From an uncultured virus (IMG/VR IMGVR_UViG_3300042484_001031) (lineage: Duplodnaviria > Heunggongvirae > Uroviricota > Caudoviricetes), in the IMG/VR virus record IMGVR_UViG_3300042484_001031, positions 116,970 to 136,969 of that record: 20,000 nucleotides of DNA; one strand, written 5' to 3'. The notes beneath the pieces are model-generated. The model did not search any database. It was not told the DNA's origin and saw nothing but the letters and a program-made list of their open reading frames with translations. This document shows positions 12,001-16,498 of the stretch, piece by piece. Made by a program: the position numbers and the translations under genes. Positions within the stretch are counted from its first letter, which is position 1; every line of letters starts with the position of its first letter.

Positions 12001-13165
12001 TACTATTTCATCAACATTGGGCGGCACAACATTTACATTGACGACTGGTTCTGGGGTTATAATATCATATGTAGGTGGACAACCTGCAGTACGTGTTACT
12101 ACTAGTAGCCCGCATGGATTAGCTTCTCCGACAGCAAGTGACGAATTAATAAGAATAGACGGTACTTTGGGCTCAATTCAATTGAACAACAATACTTACT
12201 ATGTCCACGTGATTAACGACACACAAATTGATTTGTATAATACACCATACTTGTCTGCCATAGGTGATGTCAATGATCCGGTTACAAGTATATCTTCATA
12301 TACATCAGGTGGTTATTTGTGGATAGATGAAATATTTGTAGTTGATAGTATTTGGGAACAAAATAATGTTGACAGACTATGGGTTACTATTAACGGGTAT
12401 CGTGTCCCGTCATCATCGTTGTACTTAAATGCTGATAATAACTTGAGTATTTTGGTATCAATTATTTCAACAGATGATATTACTATAACAAGTATGATAT
12501 CTAGTGCGACACCAAATCAATTGGTTTATTTACAAAATGTTAATAAGAACGGAAATGGATCGGTATACAGAGCAAATACTGATACTAGAACTTGGTTGGT
12601 TGAACCACTATATTATACAAATGAAATAATATATGTGTCGGATGTAACTAGAATTACAGATACTTTAGTACAAAATGTTGTCGCACCGGCAGCAGTAGAT
12701 GGTATTATAAGTATAGGACTAGATGCTGATAAAAATACTATTTCTCAAGTAATAGTTTACAATACTACCACAAGTAGTTATGTAAATTCTAATAATTATT
12801 CCATAGTAATTATAGATTTAGTTCCAATTTTACAAATAACTGATGAGGTTACTGTAGGAAATAGCTTAATCATAACTACTATTGAAGGTAATTTAATATA
12901 TATTAACGGTGAGCAAATTAGATTTAGTACAGTAGATTTAGTTAATAATACTATATCTGGGTTACAACGTGGTTCAAATGGTACCGGAATATTAGACTTT
13001 ATACCGAAGTATTCTGAAGTATTTGGAATATTGTCTAATAATTTATTACCTAGCGTAAATTACAATCTGACTTGGAACAGTAATGTTTACAACGTTAATG
13101 ATGGTGATCCACTACAGATTAGTGTAACAAATGCGGCAATTTTCTTAAATTCGGGGGAGTCTTAA
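2..13165 (+). CDS. Giant multidomain virion structural protein, probable baseplate wedge / adhesin-like subunit (5'-partial, more than 4,387 aa)
   Basis: The frame is open from base 2 (SSSWPFDL precedes the ATG at 26), so the true start is probably upstream of the window. It ends at TAA 13163-13165. It contains INEVKPYHVVI (~5963-5995), reminiscent of the KPAH-type motif of baseplate wedge/P2 gpI-like proteins, plus FG-GAP-like and Asp-box repeats, many T/S/G-rich beta-modules and GxGY motifs. It sits directly upstream of tail-fibre-like genes. Confidence 0.8.
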   Translation, partial: SSSWPFDLMRILALTKPAEFFNLGVDIDNYKFNEEFNQYLVNDRSHLVISDVEIYGNGTAKTSYINWIVDFEKQVGIDATTNITDLLYNVDVRLVYRLAGFSDKNLLRFYVEKSTANSNNSSLLIPDESYQVLLYDNQPFDKIVYSGVVVQLTNTGYKVYGNSQTNAYFKILAPKINGNYERVSVQGLSVQLARDYYTTPEVVAYGTEFITVQQVSQFLEGYGRYLASQGVLFDQIESGLTVSWRQMVAEYLYWAQSGWEVGSIVNINPASNLISINKDSYIVQPLTLQRQNFILNQNLYPIQSTDLSVIRDGTLFTAQPLNQGDTVAYGQFNISNFEHGIVFDNVTVFDDVIYNLITGLRQNRITLRGAKTAEWNGTIDAQGFVLNQDNVLDWDKTVKYTTGSIVKYKNKYWIALTIIQPKELFEEREWKETDYNEIQKGLLPNTSTRSYESTIYYDVNRANLENDADLLSFSLIGYRPRDYLALVDLTDITQINVYKNFIKNKGTLNAASAFKGANLPQGGINYDIYENWAIKSGEFGGVLNSNFIDFKLNQNLLTGNPSIVGLTNGITTAGVQQEVPLYSLYNYGRPVTSTDVLPLLPTDTPSTLFPYAGYANFNDMRIAAYYYFNLANSTSPRGVLTPLSELYVGQYVWIADYQGTWQVMTPASLGAVVFAKNNLNGTATITFNNPHGLTKYQPFAIVNFNDSLNGYYIVNTVIDLNSVLVNVTLAPSITIVTGQGIGFRFQSQRVDNPSDIIDLPLLNTEFVKNKVWVDTNNDGDWAVYRKSINYTYDSELVKDGSESFGSAVAYTDTLGYLIGDADAGVTYRYSFNVLFDRYDLKQTLTGVASFGTTITYANDIFVVSQPTGTPEVYVYQLVVNTTVDELQSLQSAISAPGGVTEWGRAIAISGDTNWLYISAVTSSTSLVYVYRYSTVTEEYEQSATIDLGLTNADNFGYSLSTDYYGDTVIIGTPDQNYDGSTENWGYTYVYDRTVQNFEAQYTSITYVPQPFTLAWTPSTTSITVTASDATLDRFTCASSSSLVIGDPITFTGTVFGGIALNTVYYVLAKPSGTTFTISTTRGGSTLQLNNGSGSMTATQQDTPLYVSVNGTLIDDSTYFNIGSTITIVQGLNAGDIITVSSNNFVLAQTLTTENTPRIGVQFGTSVDTNTYATEILVGAPFELNSQNQEGVVYRYTNGGGKYGMIIGTTATNITTTRTILVNGYMVVLTAGNATVVATAINQANITNLQATAVDGKLIISLLDNALASPNDKLNVTVLDTATWSELGFSTYTQTQVITDPHVQGTTQFGNVVKFNEFNSFVVSAPTATRYQATTFDSTDDEDYDNDTLFDNNTTQWIDTYANAGAVYMFDYLSVYNESLINCGNFVYAQSTNDINEIYGSQPMYGHAVEFNASRVVIGTPNFKPDTVAGQIITYFNSIGAPDWSVYRSSSPIVDINRIQNIQLYSAITNDTLDNLDYIDPLQGKILGSVRENIDVVSNVDPAGYNSPNNTQGSMVWGSSQVGQIWFNTSTTRFVNYHQNDIVYNSKWWGQIFPGSDVTVYSWITSNTLPISYAGPGTPYNVDTYSIEYTLNATGVLTPVYFYWVRNTNIIFTLRGKTLADSIIQSYIASPINSGISYFVPLEQDIFALYNCANNINANDTVLHIGYSTGTNDDVSHSLYNLIRTNYADDFLPGLPTTNGADVPESLYDRMLDSLCGVDESGAVVPDPFLPKPVQYGIYARPRQSFFVDRLLALKNYLTYANEILSQYPISETRRSLFLFTEGATNPSTVDNPNWSGSVLPFYATPDYWYYINWWATGYDDNTKSALQVPIYADLATINATAGLIVTVAANGDGKSETYVYTNLNTWDRIGLQDGTIEFSSNLWDYATARLGFGDNFFDTTPYDTYPSQETRSIVRALNEEIYTNELLIFRNKSLILLFEFIQSETIESQNYLPWLNKTSFMDVGHTIRELLPLEVFQSDNQDFLAGYINEVKPYHVVIKEFLFKYTGSDLYAGTITDFDLPAQYNTDIQQFITPELVYSNPSGANQYLPSDPIWETAPYSEWFNNYGLGITGVDDYQITVLASYVSLNSPAMAVDNAYGFPINGTILIGDELIGYSNVNRSNNTLSGLTRGVNGTPVTVHIPGEIITINLPAILVLNGGRGYAEPPRVVAYIDTTIYPEPRRVAVLQVVMNLDSILRVDVIDPGDGYAVLPEIIIDPSVSVTFTSDDVNLLSNTISLPSPLLQTGDLITYTIGTSTTPVGGLDVDQYYYVNVLESTPTFVVALYTTYRDAINDSDRVILFDTGLGVNNVLNVSARASCVSTSLPIRENQITLRFDRTTYNSELTDWVGGAFYGSFYAGLYNNSERIASSSIGLQSTQPDIDTILASAAGAVFEIEDVTNVEVIIWSSRTRIVSAINTSTDVITITASDGGASLINSDSITNPTIGFYIGMPIKFIGAVTGNITVETTYYIKSLVDGNKFTLSASISSGVPGAVLSMAGTILGSAGLTGYVGEVTNTAVVTIFYPGILTATATSSITNGISVPLTGSGLGGTTGFYTNLPVFFVGTVFGGVIENERYYVTTVIDDETFTMSTTEDPVMVSVTNTTASTDYITCDDATGLSFNDPIIFNSMSVSGSAVSTFGNIADGTIYYVSAIINDTNFQISTVPNGGTFGLADQAAGTGTGCTGTNQKDIVQLTTATGSMTCNVGLPVSPGQVTGQEFTFYPTSATTVSSPAFTQGNLITRTIKNALADGDYLSLESETGGTTNMYVNMPVRVAASYGGLSTGTTYYVVNIGTVTTEVIQTTSANVLISTGTAGFYVDMPITFTGSTLGGTIENTLYFVKTVNVNGTDFTITDSQGGATLALSNDTGSMTVTGAPYIKVSATLGGGVLALSNASTSTTLTQYPTSSPSFDVSWILGGYSVDITGAGAGYAINNTFTVLGTALGGTTPTNNLVMTVNTIGTNGQVTSLINSGTPPEIVEQYYLKVISTTECEVYSDSQLQIPVTGINFPFTAGDYALLPEPFYFNQSIVKYNNRVYQCIISNNDTEFIFGKWEELRSDSRKLNALDRIVGYYQPTINMPGLDLTQLVDGIIYPNSTYKDNAFPPSEEYTLDTILQDQLFSPTEVDVTSILWNGTTYFAPANSPTYSDITYSTTGTTWLSNKVAGQPIALTDIVYANSKYVMSSQNNVTPILVSIDGIVWTTAGLESGSVSIDNTSLNSVAYFNGIYVAVGDNIVSSGDAYIWLERYRFTDMVLYGVSAITINNFDGFIAVGVGPDYSVIPTITQSVILKSLDGILWTNITPSASAETLYGASSGNNTIVVVGNNGAIFTSINGSNWNDISTGSANLRDIVYSDSLGLFVIVGESGFIGTYDGSTFSVETSGTTENLNSVIWNSDLSEFIVTGNNNVILKSINGIDWTISNIFVTDPTVYDVQGDAFTSGYGPEELVPGVVTDNLTMVVTTRPGTNWDVATYQHVGYNVVSTTLTPITNGQLIFSFDGLVLIPAQLSVFQIDGTTGLATRLYYDSFTVDWLLKTITLVSALPIGDSLLVEVYEVGNGDQLEKSNSQTDPIRLNDVTGFNEIYLNCNYSATLTSGSGVIIPGTSPINVIATETDSTENSILCDDVRYFTINDQIIFYGDVFGGIVADTHYYVKTVSNVTNKITISETNPGGVAGPTFVLTSDIGSMDIIIEVGSGAPWTDPIVYHNGTKLILGHTNRVTQTSSATNSITCNTTSGMEVGEPIVFSNTIFGGVIDPQVIYYIKTIIDANEFTISETLGGAVLVLTNAAGGAIGITNDYAFGIADNGTSAKIIFAAQYDDTADYLTYTVFGETFPDQYGYTIPEVQIIEGNGSIGPFALTNYIGDDNPLNAVVEINGVRITDTEYTINDTADTLTFTTLTPSSSDTIAVTSYNLTERQAFNTQYDITGTTVSSIVNINNEITAPIVTTYVTATTAGTNLLTCSDTSGFIVDQTIIFQGTSFGNVLTNGTVYYVKSVTFPYDGTFTISSTLGGTTFTLTTGSGVIISYVGGQPAVRVTTSSPHGLASPTASDELIRIDGTLGSIQLNNNTYYVHVINDTQIDLYNTPYLSAIGDVNDPVTSISSYTSGGYLWIDEIFVVDSIWEQNNVDRLWVTINGYRVPSSSLYLNADNNLSILVSIISTDDITITSMISSATPNQLVYLQNVNKNGNGSVYRANTDTRTWLVEPLYYTNEIIYVSDVTRITDTLVQNVVAPAAVDGIISIGLDADKNTISQVIVYNTTTSSYVNSNNYSIVIIDLVPILQITDEVTVGNSLIITTIEGNLIYINGEQIRFSTVDLVNNTISGLQRGSNGTGILDFIPKYSEVFGILSNNLLPSVNYNLTWNSNVYNVNDGDPLQISVTNAAIFLNSGES
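1178..1291 (+). other. Putative small carbohydrate-binding module (CBM5/12, ChtBD3-like) within the giant ORF
   Basis: DWDKTVKYTTGSIVKYKNKYWIA...EEREW fits the W-x5-Y-x2-G-x2-V-x-Y-x3-Y-x2-A...W pattern of CBM5/12-like domains. Confidence 0.5.
2400..4290 (+). repeat. Seven FG-GAP/integrin-alpha-like repeats (probable 7-bladed beta-propeller with inserted domains) in the giant ORF
   Basis: Blade starts are SFGSAVAY (~2408), SFGTTITY (~2546), EWGRAIAI (~2702), NFGYSLST (~2861), QFGTSVDT (~3482), QFGNVVKF (~3920) and MYGHAVEF (~4208). Most are followed by IGxP/VGAP/VSAP-like and GxVYxY-like motifs. Confidence 0.7.
3110..12240 (+). repeat. Dispersed ~50-60 aa beta-module repeats (G-x-x-x-x-x-P-I-x-F ... 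FGG ... YYV ... FTIS ... GG ... L ... GSM) in the giant ORF
   Basis: Copies at about 3110-3290, 6722-6860, 7334-7465, 7658-7777, 7850-8017, 8294-8380, 8444-8611, 10874-11050, 11198-11360, 11888-12056 and 12086-12238. A divergent PHGL-type copy lies near 2050-2170. They are recognisable only at protein level. Confidence 0.8.
9380..10260 (+). repeat. Asp-box/BNR-like repeats (S-x-D/N-G-x-x-W), probable beta-propeller in the giant ORF
   Basis: STTGTTW (~9452), SIDGIVW (~9578), SGDAYIW (~9707), SLDGILW (~9869), SINGSNW (~9989), YDGSTF (~10109) and SINGIDW (~10229). They alternate with L-x-x-V/I-x-Y/W and (Y/F)VAVG motifs. Confidence 0.75.
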
Positions 13166-13330
13166 ATGATAAATAAATGTATGAATGATAATGAAGAAAA
13201 TAAAGCTACACCTGTACAGGAATATGGGCCAAAACCCGACGAACATGGTGGGTTTTACTTCTCATCTCATCTAAAAATAACTGATCCAAATACTAAAGAA
13301 GTATTGGTTCAAACAAGAGGCGATAACTAA
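13166..13330 (+). CDS. Small hypothetical protein (54 aa, or 49 aa from ATG 13181), not in the ORF track
   Basis: MINKCMNDNEENKATPVQEYGPKPDEHGGFYFSSHLKITDPNTKEVLVQTRGDN*. An SD-like GGGGGAG at 13153-13159 is 6 nt before ATG 13166. The ORF fills the gap exactly, and its TAA overlaps the next ATG (TAATG 13328-13332). It shares an LKIxDPNxxxVLV motif with the next gene. Confidence 0.8.
   Translation: MINKCMNDNEENKATPVQEYGPKPDEHGGFYFSSHLKITDPNTKEVLVQTRGDN
13170..13175 (+). promoter_or_regulatory. Putative T4-like late promoter -10 motif (GATAAATA)
   Basis: TAAATA lies just after the giant ORF stop and 5 nt before ATG 13181. The same hexamer occurs in the other two main gene junctions (13953, 16171). 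Confidence 0.5.
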
Positions 13331-13950
13331 TGTCAGTAATAACACTATCATATAAAGTAGAAGGGTTCTTAAAGATTTATGACCCCAATAGCGGAAAAGT
13401 TCTAGTAGATAAGCATAATGCTATTAACTACGAAAACATGTCTGAGGCCATTGCTGATACATTAAGCAGTCGTGGTTACGGTGAAATTTATCAGATGGCA
13501 TTTGGGAACGGTGGTGCAAGTGTAGATGAAACAGGTGTTATCACATATCTACCCCCAAATACCACTGGTCAAAATGCGGCACTCTATAATCAAACCTACG
13601 CTAAAATTGTAGATGATACTAGTGTTTTTAACTTAGATCCTACAAGAAATAAAATGACAGTTTCACATACTACAGGTCGTGTTTATACTGACATTTTAGT
13701 ACAATGTTTATTAGATTACGGCGAGCCTGCAGGACAAAATGCATTTGACAATAGTACTCAAACAGATTCAGCTTATGTATTTGATGAATTGGGTCTATTA
13801 GCGAATTACGGAACAGATAGTGACGGCAATGTTCTCACAAGATTATTAACTCATGTGATATTTCACCCAGTACAAAAGAGTTTGAATAGACAAATTCAAA
13901 TAGATTACACAGTCAGAATTCAAAGTTTGACAAATCTAGTGACAATTTAA
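13330..13950 (+). CDS. Phage structural protein, tail-collar/baseplate-like (206 aa)
   Basis: The motifs MAFGNGG, FDELGLL and LLTHVIFHPVQKSLNRQIQIDYTVRI resemble the (I/F)xExGL...L(I/L)A/T pattern of tail-collar fibre-type proteins. GAGG lies upstream, and the gene sits between a baseplate-like and a fibre gene. Confidence 0.6.
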   Translation: MSVITLSYKVEGFLKIYDPNSGKVLVDKHNAINYENMSEAIADTLSSRGYGEIYQMAFGNGGASVDETGVITYLPPNTTGQNAALYNQTYAKIVDDTSVFNLDPTRNKMTVSHTTGRVYTDILVQCLLDYGEPAGQNAFDNSTQTDSAYVFDELGLLANYGTDSDGNVLTRLLTHVIFHPVQKSLNRQIQIDYTVRIQSLTNLVTI

Positions 13951-13952
13951 GA

Positions 13953-13958
13953 TAAATA
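13953..13958 (+). promoter_or_regulatory. Putative T4-like late promoter -10 motif (GATAAATA)
   Basis: GATAAATA at 13951-13958 in the 31-nt intergenic gap before the tail fibre gene. It is the same 8-mer as at 13168-13175. Confidence 0.55.
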
Positions 13959-13981
13959 ACAGAATATCGGGATAATTTAAT

Positions 13982-15190
13982 ATGGCATATACGATTGTAA
14001 AAAGTGATGGTACAGTACTAACGACCATTGCCGACGGTACTATAAACACAACTAGTACATCATTGGGCTTACCGGGCAGAAATTATGCTGGTTACGGTCA
14101 ATCACTTGATACCAACTTTGTTCATGCAATGGAAAACTTTGCAGATTCAACTCCTCCTGCAAATCCATTACGTGGTCAATTATGGTATAATACAAATGCT
14201 AGCACACTATGTGTATGTCCTGCTGACGGAACAGTGTCAGCTAGTTCGTGGATTACACTAGCACAATCAGGTGGGTCAGGTACAACAACATTTGGTTCAG
14301 TAACTGTAACTGGAAATCTACAAGCAAATAATATTCAAGCTGTAAACAACTCAAATGCCGATATAATCACCACTAGATTATTAACAGTTACAGCTAATGC
14401 TTCTATATTAACAGCAAATGTCACAACTGGCAATATTATTACATTAAACACAGCAGTTATTACAACTGGATCTGCTAGCACAACCGGAGCAATTACCGGA
14501 ACTTGGACCTTGACAGGTGGTACAGGTGGTACATCAAATGCTTTCATAGTTACCGGTGGTGTTATTAATGCTGTTAATGGTATTAAAACAAACAACTACT
14601 ATTACGCTAATGGGGATCCATTCAATCCTACAGGAACATATAACAATGCCAACGTGTTTGACTATCTGACTGGTTCAAATTCAGTAGCACAATTTACAGG
14701 TAACATAGCTCCTACTAAGATTACTACAAGTAATATTGCAGGTGGAGGTACAATTTTTGGTATTTGGACATTGGGTACAAGTGCTAGATTAAATGCTACA
14801 TATGCTGACTTGGCAGAGCGTTTTGAATCAGATAGTCCATATGACGCCGGTACTGTGGTAGAGTTGGGCGGCGATGCTGAAATTACTGCAGTGGTACATG
14901 AATTAAGTGAAGATGTATTTGGTGTAGTATCAAACACTGCTGCCTATCTAATGAATGCAGCCGCAGGCAATGATGACACTCATCCTGCAGTTGCAGTCGG
15001 TGGCAGGATACATGTTAAAGTCACTGGTACAGTCTGTAAAGGGGATAGACTAGTTTCTGCTGGTAACGGTATAGCACGTGCAGCCAAAGTAGGTGAGGCA
15101 ACATCATTTAATGTAATTGGTCGTGCATTAGCTAATAAAACTACTGACGATATTGGTACAGTAGAAGCATTTGTTTCAATTAAAGGATAA
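13982..15190 (+). CDS. Tail fibre/spike protein with C-terminal peptidase G2-like intramolecular chaperone / autocleavage domain (402 aa)
   Basis: N-terminal anchor-like segment (GRNYAGYG...ENFA...PPANPLRGQLWYNT) and a T/G/N-rich beta-helix-like shaft. The C-terminal YADLAERFE...GTVV...VFGVVS...AYLMN...VAVGGRIHVKVTG.VCKGDRLVS...VIGRAL (from 14801) resembles the DYAE-initiated chaperone domain of phi29 gp12-like appendages. Confidence 0.75.
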   Translation: MAYTIVKSDGTVLTTIADGTINTTSTSLGLPGRNYAGYGQSLDTNFVHAMENFADSTPPANPLRGQLWYNTNASTLCVCPADGTVSASSWITLAQSGGSGTTTFGSVTVTGNLQANNIQAVNNSNADIITTRLLTVTANASILTANVTTGNIITLNTAVITTGSASTTGAITGTWTLTGGTGGTSNAFIVTGGVINAVNGIKTNNYYYANGDPFNPTGTYNNANVFDYLTGSNSVAQFTGNIAPTKITTSNIAGGGTIFGIWTLGTSARLNATYADLAERFESDSPYDAGTVVELGGDAEITAVVHELSEDVFGVVSNTAAYLMNAAAGNDDTHPAVAVGGRIHVKVTGTVCKGDRLVSAGNGIARAAKVGEATSFNVIGRALANKTTDDIGTVEAFVSIKG

Positions 15191-15193
15191 AAG

Positions 15194-16144
15194 ATGAGTT
15201 ACGCACAATTTGGAACAATTCAAGCCAGTGATTACAATACTCTAGTAGGTGCGGCTACAGGGGGTACTGCTAACGTATTAAACACCGTTTGGTCTACTGG
15301 AAGTAGTGGCGCAGGTTATGGTCAACCTGCTGAAGCAAACGTAGCAGTAGGAGACACTGTAACTGCCGCAAAATGGGCTAATTTAATTACTAAAACATCA
15401 AATTTAGCTAGTCATCAAAGTTCAAGTATTACTAGCGTTACAGCTCCTGCGTCAGGCAATACAATTACATATAATGCCAATGTTGTAACTAATTTACAAA
15501 CTACTTACGTAAATAGATTAAATGCTGTGTCACAAAGCGGAACAAGTTCTAACACAGCTACATACGGTGCTACTTGGCTAAATGCAATAACATTTACACA
15601 TACTGTTACTTTTGCTAACGGTGATGCGGCACGTTTTTTCTTTAACTCGGGCGGACAGTTAGCTATTACATGCGCTCATCCAGCTGGATCGGGTATCAAT
15701 TTATTATTAAACAATCTAGCAAGTAATGTAGGAACTGTTGTATTAAGTGCACCTACTTCAGGTGCTGCAACCATTGCAAGTACAAGTTACAACGGTGTTA
15801 CTAAAATTGGTGGAGGCGGATCTACTCCGGTAATATCTACTAATAGTGGTTATTATAATTTGACAACTAGTAATGCAAATGTATTTTACCAAACAGCTAG
15901 TACAGGCCCTTCTGGTTACTTATCAACTAATATCAATATCCTTGTTAAAACAAATGGTACTCAAGGTAGCAACGGTGACGTAGGTAATGTAATTACTATA
16001 TCTACAGTTTGGGATGAGATTCCAAACGGACTAACAGTAACAACCGGATCGGCTACCACAGTAACAATACGTCCACCCGAAGTTACATATATTGCTAATA
16101 CATGGGGTACACCATCTGTTACTGGCACAGTAACGGGTAGTTAA
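15194..16144 (+). CDS. Thr/Ser/Gly/Asn-rich virion structural protein (316 aa)
   Basis: AAGGA SD at ~15183-15187. It has very few charged residues and beta-strand-rich low-complexity composition, and directly follows the fibre gene. Confidence 0.65.
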   Translation: MSYAQFGTIQASDYNTLVGAATGGTANVLNTVWSTGSSGAGYGQPAEANVAVGDTVTAAKWANLITKTSNLASHQSSSITSVTAPASGNTITYNANVVTNLQTTYVNRLNAVSQSGTSSNTATYGATWLNAITFTHTVTFANGDAARFFFNSGGQLAITCAHPAGSGINLLLNNLASNVGTVVLSAPTSGAATIASTSYNGVTKIGGGGSTPVISTNSGYYNLTTSNANVFYQTASTGPSGYLSTNINILVKTNGTQGSNGDVGNVITISTVWDEIPNGLTVTTGSATTVTIRPPEVTYIANTWGTPSVTGTVTGS

Positions 16145-16158
16145 TTTTTATCAACAGC

Positions 16159-16203
16159 TTGGTATTCATCTAAATACTTCTAGGAGTGTTTAATGGATAC
16201 CAA
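16159..16203 (+). promoter_or_regulatory. RBS/start-codon-sequestering RNA hairpin with an embedded TAAATA late-promoter motif
   Basis: TTGGTATTCAT (16159-16169) pairs with ATGGATACCAA (16193-16203), and TAAATACTT (16171-16179) pairs with GAGTGTTTA (16184-16192). C16170 is bulged and the loop is CTAG. This gives 20 bp including 3 G-U pairs. The SD AGGAG is at 16182-16186 and the ATG at 16193. Confidence 0.75.
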
Positions 16204-16498
16204 AACCTTAATTAGCGAGGCTAAAGCCCGCTTCAATCACAATAGCGCAAAAGCGCAACTAAAAGACAAATACGACGGCAAATTTATTATTGCTGAACAA
16301 GGGGGACTTTGGAAAGCTACCCCTGAAATCATCTCATTTCTAAACGCAATGGATGATAACTTTATAATTCTTATTGATAACTTTAATAATCCAGTACAAG
16401 TTAACCGTGAACAATTACTAACTGTAGTAAAAGAAACATATCAAAGAGTTATGCTTGATTGGTATAAAGAATGGAAAGAGATTGAGACGGTACGATGA
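16193..16498 (+). CDS. Hypothetical protein (101 aa), possibly tail-fibre-assembly associated
   Basis: Strong SD AGGAG, and an ATGA overlap with the next gene. The segment LIDNFNNPVQVNREQL is weakly reminiscent of DUF4376-like fibre-associated proteins (low confidence for that function). Confidence 0.75.
   Translation: MDTKTLISEAKARFNHNSAKAQLKDKYDGKFIIAEQGGLWKATPEIISFLNAMDDNFIILIDNFNNPVQVNREQLLTVVKETYQRVMLDWYKEWKEIETVR

Noticed and set aside
2..13165. Intein, intron or CRISPR-like DNA repeats within the giant ORF
   Set aside because: I found no intein splice motifs or homing endonuclease signature. The repeats are degenerate and visible only in protein, not as spaced identical DNA repeats.
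13941..13980. Near-direct repeat GACAATTTAA / GATAATTTAA flanking the late-promoter motif
   Set aside because: It is only 10 nt, AT-rich and has a mismatch, which is plausible by chance.
13982..16144. Diversity-generating retroelement target or invertible fibre cassette
   Set aside because: I saw no near-identical template/variable repeat pair, reverse transcriptase, invertase or flanking inverted repeats in the window.
16159..16203. Hairpin as a rho-independent terminator
   Set aside because: There is no U-tract after the stem on the + strand, the stem is AU-rich and it covers the RBS and AUG. A weak minus-strand role is not excluded (AAAA at 16202-16205), but the G-U pairs form only on the + strand.
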